A DNA stretch of 64,000 bases, taken from assembly GCA_023436115.1 (NCBI GenBank), contig JAEZKQ010000027.1, forward strand, positions 4,645 through 68,644. The letters are read 5' to 3'. How positions within the stretch are numbered: the first letter of the stretch is position 1; each line of letters starts with the position of its first letter. The notes under the pieces were generated by a model. It worked only from the letters and a program-made list of their open reading frames with translations, had not been told where the DNA came from and did not search any database. A program made the translations under genes and the position numbers. Source of the stretch: Bacillota bacterium. Its GTDB lineage: Bacteria; Bacillota; Clostridia; Christensenellales; SZUA-584. Of the stretch, positions 1 to 8,398 are shown piece after piece.

Positions 1-143
1 GAGAAATGGTTTCTCAAAGCGCCGTTGCTTTTGTTCATTTTAGCACAATTTGTCGATTCTGCACAATGGGTTTTTACAAGTTTTGAAAAGAACTCGCATT
101 GAGCAAAATAACATACCTTCCTATTCACTTGTAGATGAGTTAG

Positions 144-464
144 GATTGCACATGCTTTATATGAAAATTTTGCTGGGAAGCCTACAGCTCCAACACAAAT
201 TGCTATTGCACTAGATCTCTCGCCAACATCTTCAACTTGGAGGTGTATTTATCTGTTACTGCTTCTGCCTGTGGTTTAACGAATGGTGCATATAATTCAA
301 AAGAAATATCTCTAACAGATATCGGCAGGAAAATCGTTGCACCAACTATAGAAGGTGTAGAAAGACTTGCATTAATTCAGGCAACATTAACCCCATTACT
401 ATTAAATAAATTCTTTAAAAATTATAAAATGCAAAGTTACCAAAAGACAACATTGGGCGCCTAA
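144..464 (+). pseudogene. Decayed AT-rich gene remnant, apparently frameshifted, family unknown
   Basis: The frame is open from 144 to the stop at 462-464 but has no ATG or RBS (the track starts it at TTG 237). The neighbouring frame reads ENFAGKPTAPTQIAIALDLSPTSST and appears to continue into this frame after a 1-nt shift near 235. The segment is much more AT-rich than the surrounding genes. Confidence 0.3.
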
Positions 465-553
465 ATCTATTCTATTCTCTTATTTACTCATACAAACGGG
501 TATTCTTAAAAATACTACGTTCTATTTCCCCCTTATATTGTTGTTTCCCTTAT

Positions 554-571
554 GCTATAATCAAACAAATG
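554..571 (+). promoter_or_regulatory. Extended -10 promoter (TGcTATAAT) placed 7 nt before the mrnC ATG; possible leaderless mRNA
   Basis: TATAAT lies at 556-561 with TG at 553-554. The ATG is at 569 and there is no Shine-Dalgarno sequence in 562-568. Confidence 0.35.
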
Positions 572-1009
572 GATAAACAAAATAAAAACTTAGGTTTGCT
601 CACAGGTACGCTGGACGAGAACGCCATGCGCGAGCTTTCGCCTTTGAACCTGGCTTATATCGGCGATACGGTTTATGACCTGTATATCCGCGGCTATCTG
701 GTCAAAAATAAAAGAAGCCGTGTGAATGAGCTGCACAAAAACGCATCAGCCGTGGTGAACGCGCGCGTACAGGCGCAGGCCGCGCTGATGCTGGAGACTG
801 AGCTAAACGAACGCGAAAGCGATATATTCCGGCTCGGCAAAAACGCGAAATCCACACCGCCAAAAAATGTTAGCTATGAGGATTACTCGCTGGCGACAGG
901 GATTGAGGCCGTAATCGGATACCTTTATCTCACCGGGCAGACGTCGCGTACAGACGCGTTTTTTTCCAAGATCATTGCTCATTTTATGGGGGACGATACA
1001 CATGGCTGA
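569..1009 (+). CDS. mrnC: Mini-ribonuclease 3 (Mini-III, 23S rRNA maturation)
   Basis: It carries an LNLAYIGDTVYDLYIRGYL RNase III-like signature and is about 146 aa. It sits in the conserved mrnC-rlmB-yacP-sigH context. Confidence 0.85.
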   Translation: MDKQNKNLGLLTGTLDENAMRELSPLNLAYIGDTVYDLYIRGYLVKNKRSRVNELHKNASAVVNARVQAQAALMLETELNERESDIFRLGKNAKSTPPKNVSYEDYSLATGIEAVIGYLYLTGQTSRTDAFFSKIIAHFMGDDTHG

Positions 1010-1739
1010 AGTGACACAAAACGTAAGGCTCATATCCTATACGCCCGAGGCGGAAAAGCTCACAGCGATGGCGGCCAAGCTGTGTTACAGCGCGGCGCAT
1101 ATCGACGATATTGAGGAAGACTTAACGCCCGAAAAAGCGGGCAATTTTATATCGCGCATTGTGGAAATCGGCCACCTCTCCACCATCGAACACGCCAGCT
1201 TTACGTTTGGTATCGAGGGGGTATCGCGCACGCTGCTCGCGCAGATCACGCGGCACCGCATCGCAAGCTTCTCGGTGCAATCCCAGCGATATGTGAGCTA
1301 TTCGGAAAAAGGCTTTGGCTACGTAATTCCGCCCGCGATTCGCGAGCTGGGCAGCGAGGCGGTGCAAAAATACGAAGAGCAAATGGCGACAATGCAGCGT
1401 TGGTACGATGATTGGCAAAGCGCACTGGGCAGCGAAGGTGAAAAGTCTAACGAGGACGCGAGGTTTGTGCTCCCCGGCGCCTGTGAAACGCGCATGCTGC
1501 TCACCATGAACGCACGTGAACTGCTGCATTTTTTCTCACTGCGCTGCTGCAACCGCGCCCAGTGGGAGATACGGGCGCTGGCCTGGCGTATGCTGGAGCT
1601 GGTCAGTCCCGCCGCGCCCGCCCTGTTTGCGGCGGCAGGTCCGTCTTGCATACGCGGGGCTTGCGCTGAAGGCAAAAAGACGTGCGGCAAAGCCGCCGAA
1701 ATACGCGAACGACAAAAAGCGACCGTGAAAGGCAAATAA
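1002..1739 (+). CDS. thyX: FAD-dependent thymidylate synthase ThyX
   Basis: The ThyX motif RHRIASFSVQSQRY is present. ATG 1002 overlaps the mrnC stop by 8 nt. The track ORF starts further upstream at 975. Confidence 0.93.
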   Translation: MAEVTQNVRLISYTPEAEKLTAMAAKLCYSAAHIDDIEEDLTPEKAGNFISRIVEIGHLSTIEHASFTFGIEGVSRTLLAQITRHRIASFSVQSQRYVSYSEKGFGYVIPPAIRELGSEAVQKYEEQMATMQRWYDDWQSALGSEGEKSNEDARFVLPGACETRMLLTMNARELLHFFSLRCCNRAQWEIRALAWRMLELVSPAAPALFAAAGPSCIRGACAEGKKTCGKAAEIRERQKATVKGK

Positions 1740-1740
1740 C

Positions 1741-2493
1741 ATGGATATCATATACGGCAGAAATGCAGTGAAAGCCGCAATCAAATCCGGGCGATCCATC
1801 GACAAGGTGATCGCTTCCAAGGAGATCAACGACCCCAGCGTACGCGAGATATTAACGCTCGCGGCACAGCATCATATCCCCATCGTGCGGGCAGATAAGC
1901 GCAAGCTTGACAGCTTGTCCCTGCCATTTGGGTACGACGGAAAACCCGCCAACCATCAGGGCGTGGTGGCCGTGGCCGCCGCGAAGGATTATGCCTCGCT
2001 CGACGACATATACGCCCTTGCCGAACAGCGCGGTGAGCCGCCGTTTATCATCGTGTTGGACGGTGTCACGGACGAAGGCAACTTAGGCTCCGTTATCCGC
2101 AGCGCTGAGGTGTTGGGCGCACATGGCGTGATTTTGGGCAAGCGGCGCAGCGCGTCACTGTCAGCAGTGGCTTTCAAAGCGTCGTCCGGTGCGGCTGAGA
2201 TACTGCCCGTGGTCAAGGTGACGAATCTGGGCGCGACGATCAAGGAGCTTAAGAGCAGGAATATTTGGGTCGTGGGCGCAGATGTAGACGGCAAGGACGT
2301 CAAAGATATCGATCTAAAAGGCGCAATCGCAATCGTCGTGGGTTCCGAGGGCGAAGGGCTTTCTCGCCTCGTCAAAGACAACTGTGATTTCCTTGCGCGT
2401 ATACCTATGAAGGGGCAGACCGGCTCGCTCAACGCAGCGGTGGCCGCTGCCGTCATCATGTACGAGAAAACAAGGCAGGACGCGCAAAAATGA
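1741..2493 (+). CDS. rlmB: 23S rRNA (guanosine-2'-O)-methyltransferase, SpoU/TrmH family (RlmB/YacO)
   Basis: It has an N-terminal substrate-binding domain plus SpoU motifs (LDGVTDEGNLGSVIRSA, IVVGSEGEGLS, SLNAAVAAAV). The synteny also fits. Confidence 0.9.
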   Translation: MDIIYGRNAVKAAIKSGRSIDKVIASKEINDPSVREILTLAAQHHIPIVRADKRKLDSLSLPFGYDGKPANHQGVVAVAAAKDYASLDDIYALAEQRGEPPFIIVLDGVTDEGNLGSVIRSAEVLGAHGVILGKRRSASLSAVAFKASSGAAEILPVVKVTNLGATIKELKSRNIWVVGADVDGKDVKDIDLKGAIAIVVGSEGEGLSRLVKDNCDFLARIPMKGQTGSLNAAVAAAVIMYEKTRQDAQK

Positions 2494-2945
2494 TTGTCGA
2501 CGGCTACAACGTGATATACGCCTGGGGGCTTGATACAACGAATCTGGAGAATGCGCGCACACTGCTGCTCGATATTCTGGATGATTATGCAGGCTTTACG
2601 GGCGAAGCAATCACCGTGGTTTTCGACGGTTACCGACAGCGCGGCCCTATGAGCGAAGAGCCTTATGGATTATTAAACGTGATCTATACGGCGCACGGTG
2701 TTACGGCAGATATACATATACAACGGACCGTAAAAGCAAGCGCGCAGCCGCTTAAGGTTGTCACGGCCGATTATATGGAGCAGCTATCGGTGTTCGGCTC
2801 GGGCGCAACGCGCCTAACTCCTGCCGAGCTTAAAATACTCATCAATCAGGCGCGCGAGAAGCACATCGCGATGATTCACAGAAGCACACTTTCAGGCAAA
2901 GAGCTGAAAAAAAAGCTCTATTTGGACGCCATATCAGATAATTAA
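2490..2945 (+). CDS. NYN-domain ribonuclease YacP/Rae1 family
   Basis: MIVDGYNVIY...VVFDG matches the YacP-like NYN pattern. It overlaps rlmB by 4 nt and lies directly upstream of sigH, as in Bacillus. Confidence 0.85.
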   Translation: MIVDGYNVIYAWGLDTTNLENARTLLLDILDDYAGFTGEAITVVFDGYRQRGPMSEEPYGLLNVIYTAHGVTADIHIQRTVKASAQPLKVVTADYMEQLSVFGSGATRLTPAELKILINQAREKHIAMIHRSTLSGKELKKKLYLDAISDN

Positions 2946-2985
2946 TCTATTCACATATTTTGTATATCAGCCGTCTCGTGTTTGC

Positions 2986-3014
2986 TTGACGGCAATATGG
3001 ACAACCGTTATAAT
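2986..3014 (+). promoter_or_regulatory. SigA-type promoter upstream of sigH
   Basis: TTGACG lies at 2986-2991, followed by a 17-nt spacer and TATAAT at 3009-3014. Confidence 0.5.
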
Positions 3015-3045
3015 ATAAGTCACTAAGCAATCGGCCTAAGCAGCT

Positions 3046-3723
3046 TTGAGCAGGAGGGGCATTATATTGACGACTTCGGGAAGCTCTTCGTTAAAAGAGT
3101 CTGTGACACGCTATGAGGACATGACGGATGAGGCCGTTGCGGAGCTTGCGCGTGAGTACGACGGTGACGCACTCGAGTATTTGCTAAACAAATACAAGAA
3201 TTTCGTGCGTGCCAAAGCGCGTTCTTATTTTCTCATCGGTGCAGACAGAGAGGATATCGTTCAGGAAGGCATGATCGGCCTGTATAAGGCTGTTCGTGAT
3301 TTTCGTTCGTCCAAGCTCACCTCGTTTCGCGCTTTCGCGGAGCTATGCGTCACGCGGCAGATCATTACGGCGATAAAGACCGCGACGCGTCAAAAGCACC
3401 GTCCGCTCAATTCCTATGTGTCGCTCAATAAGCCCGCTTACGATGAGGAGTCTGACCGGATGCTCATCGATGTCATTTCCAGCAGCAAAATTTCCAACCC
3501 TGAAGATATCATCATCGGCCGTGAGGATTTTACTTCTATCGAATCCAAAATGGGCAAAATACTCTCCCCGTTGGAGATGCAAGTACTAAGAAAATATATC
3601 GACGGCAAATCCTATTTTGAGGTGGCCGAGGAATTAAATCGCAGCGTCAAGTCTGTGGACAACGCTTTACAGCGCGTCAAAAACAAGCTGGAAAAGCTCA
3701 TCACGACCGAAAACGGCCTGTAA
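3046..3723 (+). CDS. sigH: RNA polymerase sporulation/stationary-phase sigma factor SigH
   Basis: Long stretches are near-identical to B. subtilis SigH (NFVRAKARSYFLIGADREDIVQEGMIGLYK, ITRQIITAIKTATRQKH, NALQRVKxKLEK). The true start may be TTG 3067, after AGGAGG at 3051-3056. Confidence 0.92.
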   Translation: MSRRGIILTTSGSSSLKESVTRYEDMTDEAVAELAREYDGDALEYLLNKYKNFVRAKARSYFLIGADREDIVQEGMIGLYKAVRDFRSSKLTSFRAFAELCVTRQIITAIKTATRQKHRPLNSYVSLNKPAYDEESDRMLIDVISSSKISNPEDIIIGREDFTSIESKMGKILSPLEMQVLRKYIDGKSYFEVAEELNRSVKSVDNALQRVKNKLEKLITTENGL

Positions 3724-3759
3724 TTCAAGTTATGATTAACACTTCTTCGGAATGGCTTA

Positions 3760-4170
3760 CGGCCATCTATTTGCGTTAGAAAAAGACATGTTTCTTCCCG
3801 AGGTGCGCGGGTCGGTACAAAGGCTCGGTAAAATACTGTCGCCCGAATTTATTAAATTTGACAGGTTTGGGGACTGTTTACGGTTATCATTCAGGCGATA
3901 CATTTGACAGCTTCCTTCTCAAATCTGGCAGATTTTATCGGACCAGCGCAAGGCGTTTATCATGACGATGGATCCTTCCAAGCTTCGAGACGGCATGACA
4001 GTCGAGACAGCGGCGAACCTGATCATCGATTTTCTGGACGGCTACTATCAGCGCAACATTGAGTATTTCAAAACCAAAACGCCGATGAACTGATCGCATC
4101 GTTTCAAACCGATATGCAAAGTGACATCTGGAGTATTTGAATATCATCAAGCGGGGATTGTATAAGGACG
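3760..4170 (+). pseudogene. Cluster of decayed gene fragments (SnoaL/DUF4440-like piece and TetR-like C-terminal piece)
   Basis: Short broken frames read LPEVRGSVQRLGKILSPEFIKFDRFG and DPSKLRDGMTVETAANLIIDFLDGYYQRNIEYF. No intact ORF, start codon or RBS is present. Confidence 0.3.
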
Positions 4171-4192
4171 AAGCATAAGCGCTCCTGCCCCC

Positions 4193-4927
4193 TTATATCA
4201 CAAACCCGCCGTTGGGGCTTAATACCTGCCCTGTGATAAAGCCCGCGTTATCGGATGCCAAAAAAAGAATCGCCTGCGCGACATCCTCCGCCGTGCCGAG
4301 GCGGCATAGCGGCGTTTCATCCTTAAGCGCGTCGCGTGTCTGTTCATCGAGGTTAGCGGTCATGGCCGTATTAATCACACCGGGCGCGACGGCGTTCACG
4401 CGTATGCCCGACGGCCCCAGCTCTTTGGCCAGCGCTTTGGTGAGGCCGATCACAGCAGCTTTGGCAGCGCTGTAATGTGCCTCGCACGACGCGCCCACCA
4501 GCCCCCATATGGACGACACGTTGACAATACAGCCTGATTTGCGCGATATCATGCCGGGCAGCACGCTCTGACAGCAGTGGAACACACCCTTCACGTTTAC
4601 GTCAAAAATAGCGTCCCAGTCGGCAGCGGATATATCTGTAAACAGCTTTTGCTGGGCTATCCCTGCGTTGCCCACAAGCACGTCGATTTTACCGAAGACC
4701 TCCGTCACACGTTGCGTCATGGCATCCACCTGACTGCGGTCAGTCACGTCCGCACACACAGCCAGCGCCTTTCCGCCTTGCTCAGCGATTTGCCTGCACA
4801 GCGCCAGGGCTGCCTCTTCACTTTTATGATAGTGTACCGCCACGTTGTAACCATTGGCGGCAAGAAGCGCCGCTGTGGTTCTGCCGATGCCTGTGGCCGC
4901 GCCTGTAATCAAAACAGTACTGTTCAT
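4193..4927 (-). CDS. SDR-family oxidoreductase (FabG-like 3-oxoacyl reductase fold)
   Basis: It carries the TGAATGIGR cofactor motif, NAG, and the catalytic YSAAK. Confidence 0.85.
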   Translation of the reverse strand: MNSTVLITGAATGIGRTTAALLAANGYNVAVHYHKSEEAALALCRQIAEQGGKALAVCADVTDRSQVDAMTQRVTEVFGKIDVLVGNAGIAQQKLFTDISAADWDAIFDVNVKGVFHCCQSVLPGMISRKSGCIVNVSSIWGLVGASCEAHYSAAKAAVIGLTKALAKELGPSGIRVNAVAPGVINTAMTANLDEQTRDALKDETPLCRLGTAEDVAQAILFLASDNAGFITGQVLSPNGGFVI

Positions 4928-4935
4928 CGCTTATC

Positions 4936-5514
4936 CTAATTGAGTTCGTCGAGCGTGAGTTTAAAGCTCGGCACGAACGTTTTCATAAAGTAGTCTACCT
5001 CGGGGCTTTTCATATCGACGAGCGTTTTTTCGATGGCTTTTTGGGCTTTTGCAAACTCGCTGTTGCCTGCCGAAAGCTCTTCCACGCATTTTAAATAGGC
5101 GCATATTTTGTCCGCGGCTTTCACGAGCGCGTAGCATTCCGCTTCGCTTTCGCGCTCCAATATCAGCGCTTCGTAATCTCTGCGCAGCTCGTCGGGCAGC
5201 ATGCCCACCAGCTTCTGCTCCGCCACATGCTCGATCTGCTTATACGCGGTCTTGATCTCGGGGTTGAAGTATTTGATGGGCGTGGCAAGATCACCTGTGA
5301 TCACCTCGCCTGCTTCGTGGTAAACCGCCAGTGCCAGTACGCGCTGCGCATCGACGCTGCCGCCGAACAAGCGGTTTTTGATAAGCGCAAGTGCGTGCGC
5401 GATCATCGCGGTTTGCAGCGAATGTTCCTGTATGTTTTCCTCACGCGTGTTGCGCATGAGCCCCCAGCGCTTGATATGCTTCATACGCGCCATATAGCTG
5501 AAAAAATGGTACAT
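4936..5514 (-). CDS. HD-domain 5'-deoxynucleotidase, YfbR-like
   Basis: RWGLMRNTREENIQEHSLQTAMIAHALA and HEAGEVITGDL match the YfbR-type HD motifs. Confidence 0.8.
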   Translation of the reverse strand: MYHFFSYMARMKHIKRWGLMRNTREENIQEHSLQTAMIAHALALIKNRLFGGSVDAQRVLALAVYHEAGEVITGDLATPIKYFNPEIKTAYKQIEHVAEQKLVGMLPDELRRDYEALILERESEAECYALVKAADKICAYLKCVEELSAGNSEFAKAQKAIEKTLVDMKSPEVDYFMKTFVPSFKLTLDELN

Positions 5515-5684
5515 GTTCCCGCCTCCATATTTTCATTCTATCGCATGAGCAGGTGGTTGACAAGCCGCGTTCATATCTTAACCAATGCGAAGCTTCGCGC
5601 ATATATTGACTATTGACATTCTACCCACGGCGCTTTATAATCCATTGCTTTATCTATTTTTTTAGGATGGGGAGAGCTTTTGAA

Positions 5685-6548
5685 ATGGGGATCTATGAGT
5701 TAACGGATAAACTTAGCGTCATCATCTCGCGCTTGTTTATGAAAGACAAGTATTTTTCAAAGTGCGCTGACAGCAAAAGCGTATGCGAATGGCTAGAGGC
5801 AGTCCATATAGAGCTCCCCGCGATCGCCAGCGAAGGATTCTATACGGCAAGCGTACAGTATGACGGCAAACGCAGTGAAGCCGCATTTCGCATCGCGCAG
5901 TGGAAAGGCCCGCAGTATCCGACGATCATTTACCATCACGGCACGGCAGAAATGACATATGATTTTAGCTTCAACAGGATCTTAGGCAAGCATAAAAAAA
6001 ATGTTGACGCTAATCTCATCGCCATACAAGCCTTATTTAATCACAGCACAAAAGAGTTCTGTAAAAGCATTGCCTTTTTATCCGACTATACTCTCATGCT
6101 TGCGTCGTCCGTTTTGCTGATCGAAAAACTCATTGCCTCGCTTAAAACGATTGGGAACGGCAAAATTATTGTCACCGGTACGAGTTTAGGCGGTTTTGTG
6201 AGCAGCATGCATAATGCTTATTATAATACAGCGGATGATTACCGCCCTTTATTAGCCGGCACAAGGATTGCCGAGGTGTTTCTTCATTCTGCCTATACCA
6301 AACTCGTTGCGCCGGGCACCCGCTTAAGCAGCGCAAAGCTTTATAAAGCACTCAACATTGAGGGCGGTTCTATAAACGCGCAGCTCGGTAAGATGCATCC
6401 TTTGCTGGCAAGGTTTGATCAGATCGTTGTGTTTGGTACGCACCGTACCGATTTTGTTCCCGAGCAGTTAACTGTGATTCCTTACGGACATATTACAGGT
6501 TCGGCCAAGTTCAAGCTGCTCCGGTCGCACATTCTTAAGGGATTTTAA
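5685..6548 (+). CDS. Alpha/beta-hydrolase fold protein, unknown substrate
   Basis: It has an HHGT oxyanion-type motif, a GTSLGG nucleophile elbow, and candidate Asp (ARFDQ) and His (YGHITG) residues. I prefer the start at ATG 5685 after GGGGAG. Confidence 0.6.
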   Translation: MGIYELTDKLSVIISRLFMKDKYFSKCADSKSVCEWLEAVHIELPAIASEGFYTASVQYDGKRSEAAFRIAQWKGPQYPTIIYHHGTAEMTYDFSFNRILGKHKKNVDANLIAIQALFNHSTKEFCKSIAFLSDYTLMLASSVLLIEKLIASLKTIGNGKIIVTGTSLGGFVSSMHNAYYNTADDYRPLLAGTRIAEVFLHSAYTKLVAPGTRLSSAKLYKALNIEGGSINAQLGKMHPLLARFDQIVVFGTHRTDFVPEQLTVIPYGHITGSAKFKLLRSHILKGF

Positions 6549-6610
6549 AGCCGTGAACAGGGTCATGCAAATTGTTGTTACTGAGTGTGTACCAAATATC
6601 TGCCTTGTGA

Positions 6611-6639
6611 TTGACATAACGCAAGGCAAAGACTATAAT
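6611..6639 (+). promoter_or_regulatory. Consensus SigA promoter driving the TPP riboswitch and thiT
   Basis: TTGACA lies at 6611-6616, followed by a 17-nt spacer and TATAAT at 6634-6639. Confidence 0.65.
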
Positions 6640-6644
6640 GCTCT

Positions 6645-6742
6645 TAACCGCTGGGGGCGCCTTTTGGCTGAGATGCGCGTGGTACGCGCAGTACCCTTTG
6701 AACCTGTTGGGTCATTCCAACGCAGGGAAGCAAGATTAACGT
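6645..6742 (+). promoter_or_regulatory. TPP (THI-box) riboswitch
   Basis: CTGGGGGCGCC...GGCTGAGA...GTACCCTTTGAACCTGTTGGGTCATTCCAACGCAGGGAAGC matches the THI-element core (CUGAGA, ACCCUUUGAACCUG, GCGUAGGGAA-like). Confidence 0.9.
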
Positions 6743-6784
6743 CTTATGAATCCTATGCGGTGCATGGGATTTTTGCTTTTTAAA

Positions 6785-6820
6785 AGGGGATATACTATGG
6801 GCGGTATATCCTTTTTTTAT
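6785..6820 (+). terminator. Intrinsic terminator acting as the riboswitch expression platform
   Basis: The stem pairs GGGGATATAC with GGTATATCC and is followed by a T7 run. It lies about 60 nt before the thiT start. Confidence 0.75.
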
Positions 6821-6881
6821 TGCAGAGACGGTCTTCTCTTATTTGTCCTTTCGCGGTAATAAAAATAAGAGGTAAAATTTT

Positions 6882-7559
6882 ATGGAGAACTGGGAACAAT
6901 TCAGCGAGAGCTTCGGGGCTTTTCTTGAAGCGAATCAAACATGGATCATCATCATTGCTGCTGTCGTACTGCTGATAGGCGCGTTCGTGCTATTCAGCGT
7001 TATGCGCAAGAAGCACGCCACCAGAAGCGCGTGGACGGTACGCGAGATATCGGCTGCGGCGATGTGCTTGGCGCTAGCATTTTTGCTTTCGTTTATCAAG
7101 GTGGCACAGCTGCCGCAGGGCGGTTCGATCACACCGGCCAGTATGCTGCCCATTATGCTGTTCGCGTATATCTACGGCACGCCCAAGGGCATCATCGTCG
7201 GCCTTGCGTATGCGTTTTTGCAGTGCTTACAGAATTTCTGGGTGGTACACTGGGCACAATTTATGCTGGATTATATTTTGGCGTTCACGGTATTGGCTTT
7301 TGCGGGTATTTTTCGCAAGAGCATATTCCCCGGCATGATTATCGCGGGAGTTTTGCGCTACGTCTGCCACGTGGCAGCCGGCGTTGTGTTCTTCGCGGAG
7401 TATGCGGGCGCCGGCCAGACGGTGCTTGGCTATTCGCTGGGATACAACTCGTTTGTATTAATCGACCTTGCGGTCTGCGTGGCGGTTGCGGCGCTGATGT
7501 ACCGTATGATCGAGCGGCTTAAAAAGGACGCAAAGCGTACTGTTGTTGCGGCTGATTAA
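6882..7559 (+). CDS. thiT: Thiamine ECF-transporter S component ThiT
   Basis: It is a multi-TM protein with the QLPQGGSIT...MLP and LDY signatures of ThiT. It is directly preceded by the TPP riboswitch. Confidence 0.8.
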   Translation: MENWEQFSESFGAFLEANQTWIIIIAAVVLLIGAFVLFSVMRKKHATRSAWTVREISAAAMCLALAFLLSFIKVAQLPQGGSITPASMLPIMLFAYIYGTPKGIIVGLAYAFLQCLQNFWVVHWAQFMLDYILAFTVLAFAGIFRKSIFPGMIIAGVLRYVCHVAAGVVFFAEYAGAGQTVLGYSLGYNSFVLIDLAVCVAVAALMYRMIERLKKDAKRTVVAAD

Positions 7560-7652
7560 GAAAAGTTTTAAATGAAGCTTTGAGCATAGTGATATGCTTG
7601 AAATGTTATTTGGGGAAACGATGCGAGGGTGCTGCCCTCGCTCTCCCTCCAT

Positions 7653-7702
7653 TTGACATATTATACGTCACTCACTATAATGTTGACGTATAATACGTCA
7701 AC
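7653..7702 (+). promoter_or_regulatory. Consensus promoter with an overlapping 21-bp perfect palindromic operator
   Basis: TTGACA lies at 7653-7658, followed by a 17-nt spacer and TATAAT at 7676-7681. The palindrome GTTGACGTAT-A-ATACGTCAAC spans 7682-7702, and an extra half-site TATACGTCA sits at 7662-7670 inside the spacer. Confidence 0.6.
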
Positions 7703-7715
7703 TAAGGAGTGCGCT

Positions 7716-8174
7716 ATGGATATAAAAAGCGGCCTGAATACCAAAACAGCGCTGGAGCACCTCATATTCTTAAGCGGCAAAAACATCATCGAGGTTTGCC
7801 GGACATTGCAAATCACACCGCAGCAGTTCACCGACTGGACAAAGAAACGCCGCCCCATCCCCCAACAGCGATTAGATGAACTCACCGCTTACTTCGGAGT
7901 CGAAGCCGATACGCTGGCCGACGAGAAAAGGTTTGCAAGAAATTTGAGCAGCTTAAGCGCCATCGGGCTGGAGCTGTTCGTGGTGAAAAACTTAGCTAAA
8001 ATCAGTTCTACCAAGGACGAGGAAGAAGAGCTTAGTTTTCGATCGAAACAACTCAAAGACGAGTACGAAAAACAGCTGCGTATCACACGGCTGTCCGTTC
8101 TGCTGGAAAGAAACGATCCTGTGCTGATGTCGAAAATCGATGGGTTTCTAGACGAAACCGAACAAAATTTATGA
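7716..8174 (+). CDS. Small HTH (XRE-like) DNA-binding protein with a charged helical C-terminal part
   Basis: AAGGAG at 7704-7709 precedes ATG 7716. The N-terminus NIIEVCRTLQITPQQFTDWTKKRRPIP resembles a helix-turn-helix. Confidence 0.6.
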   Translation: MDIKSGLNTKTALEHLIFLSGKNIIEVCRTLQITPQQFTDWTKKRRPIPQQRLDELTAYFGVEADTLADEKRFARNLSSLSAIGLELFVVKNLAKISSTKDEEEELSFRSKQLKDEYEKQLRITRLSVLLERNDPVLMSKIDGFLDETEQNL

Positions 8175-8181
8175 AATATAA

Positions 8182-8300
8182 GTGCACATTATGGAATCGA
8201 AGTTTTCCCCCATTGATATGCAAAACTGGCCAAGAGGCGAGATGCTCTACTATTTTTCACAGATGGCCCCACCGGATAAACCGTCAACGGCTCTTTCCGC
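8182..8300 (+). pseudogene. N-terminal fragment of a chloramphenicol-acetyltransferase-like (CAT family) gene
   Basis: SKFSPIDMQNWPRGEMLYYFSQMAP resembles the CAT N-terminus (xxIDxxxWxRxxxFxxY). The frame then degenerates and the rest of the enzyme is absent. Confidence 0.4.
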
Positions 8301-8398
8301 AAATAGAAAAAGCCATATCGCGATTTGCGGTATGGCCTTATCATCTTGCTTCTTTTCTTTAATAAGGACGGGAGTATGAGGGAGCGCCCTTAATGCTC

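Noticed and set aside
1-41. Possible start of a minus-strand gene (MNKSNGALRNHF...) running off the left edge
   Set aside because: Only about 13 codons are visible, which is too little to support a call.
3935-4150. 71-aa minus-strand ORF
   Set aside because: It lies in the region of decayed fragments, has no RBS, and the opposite strand carries the more protein-like remnants.
6553-6783. 76-aa ORF in the track upstream of thiT
   Set aside because: The ORF coincides with a consensus promoter, the TPP riboswitch and the start of its terminator. It has no RBS, so the signal is RNA rather than protein.
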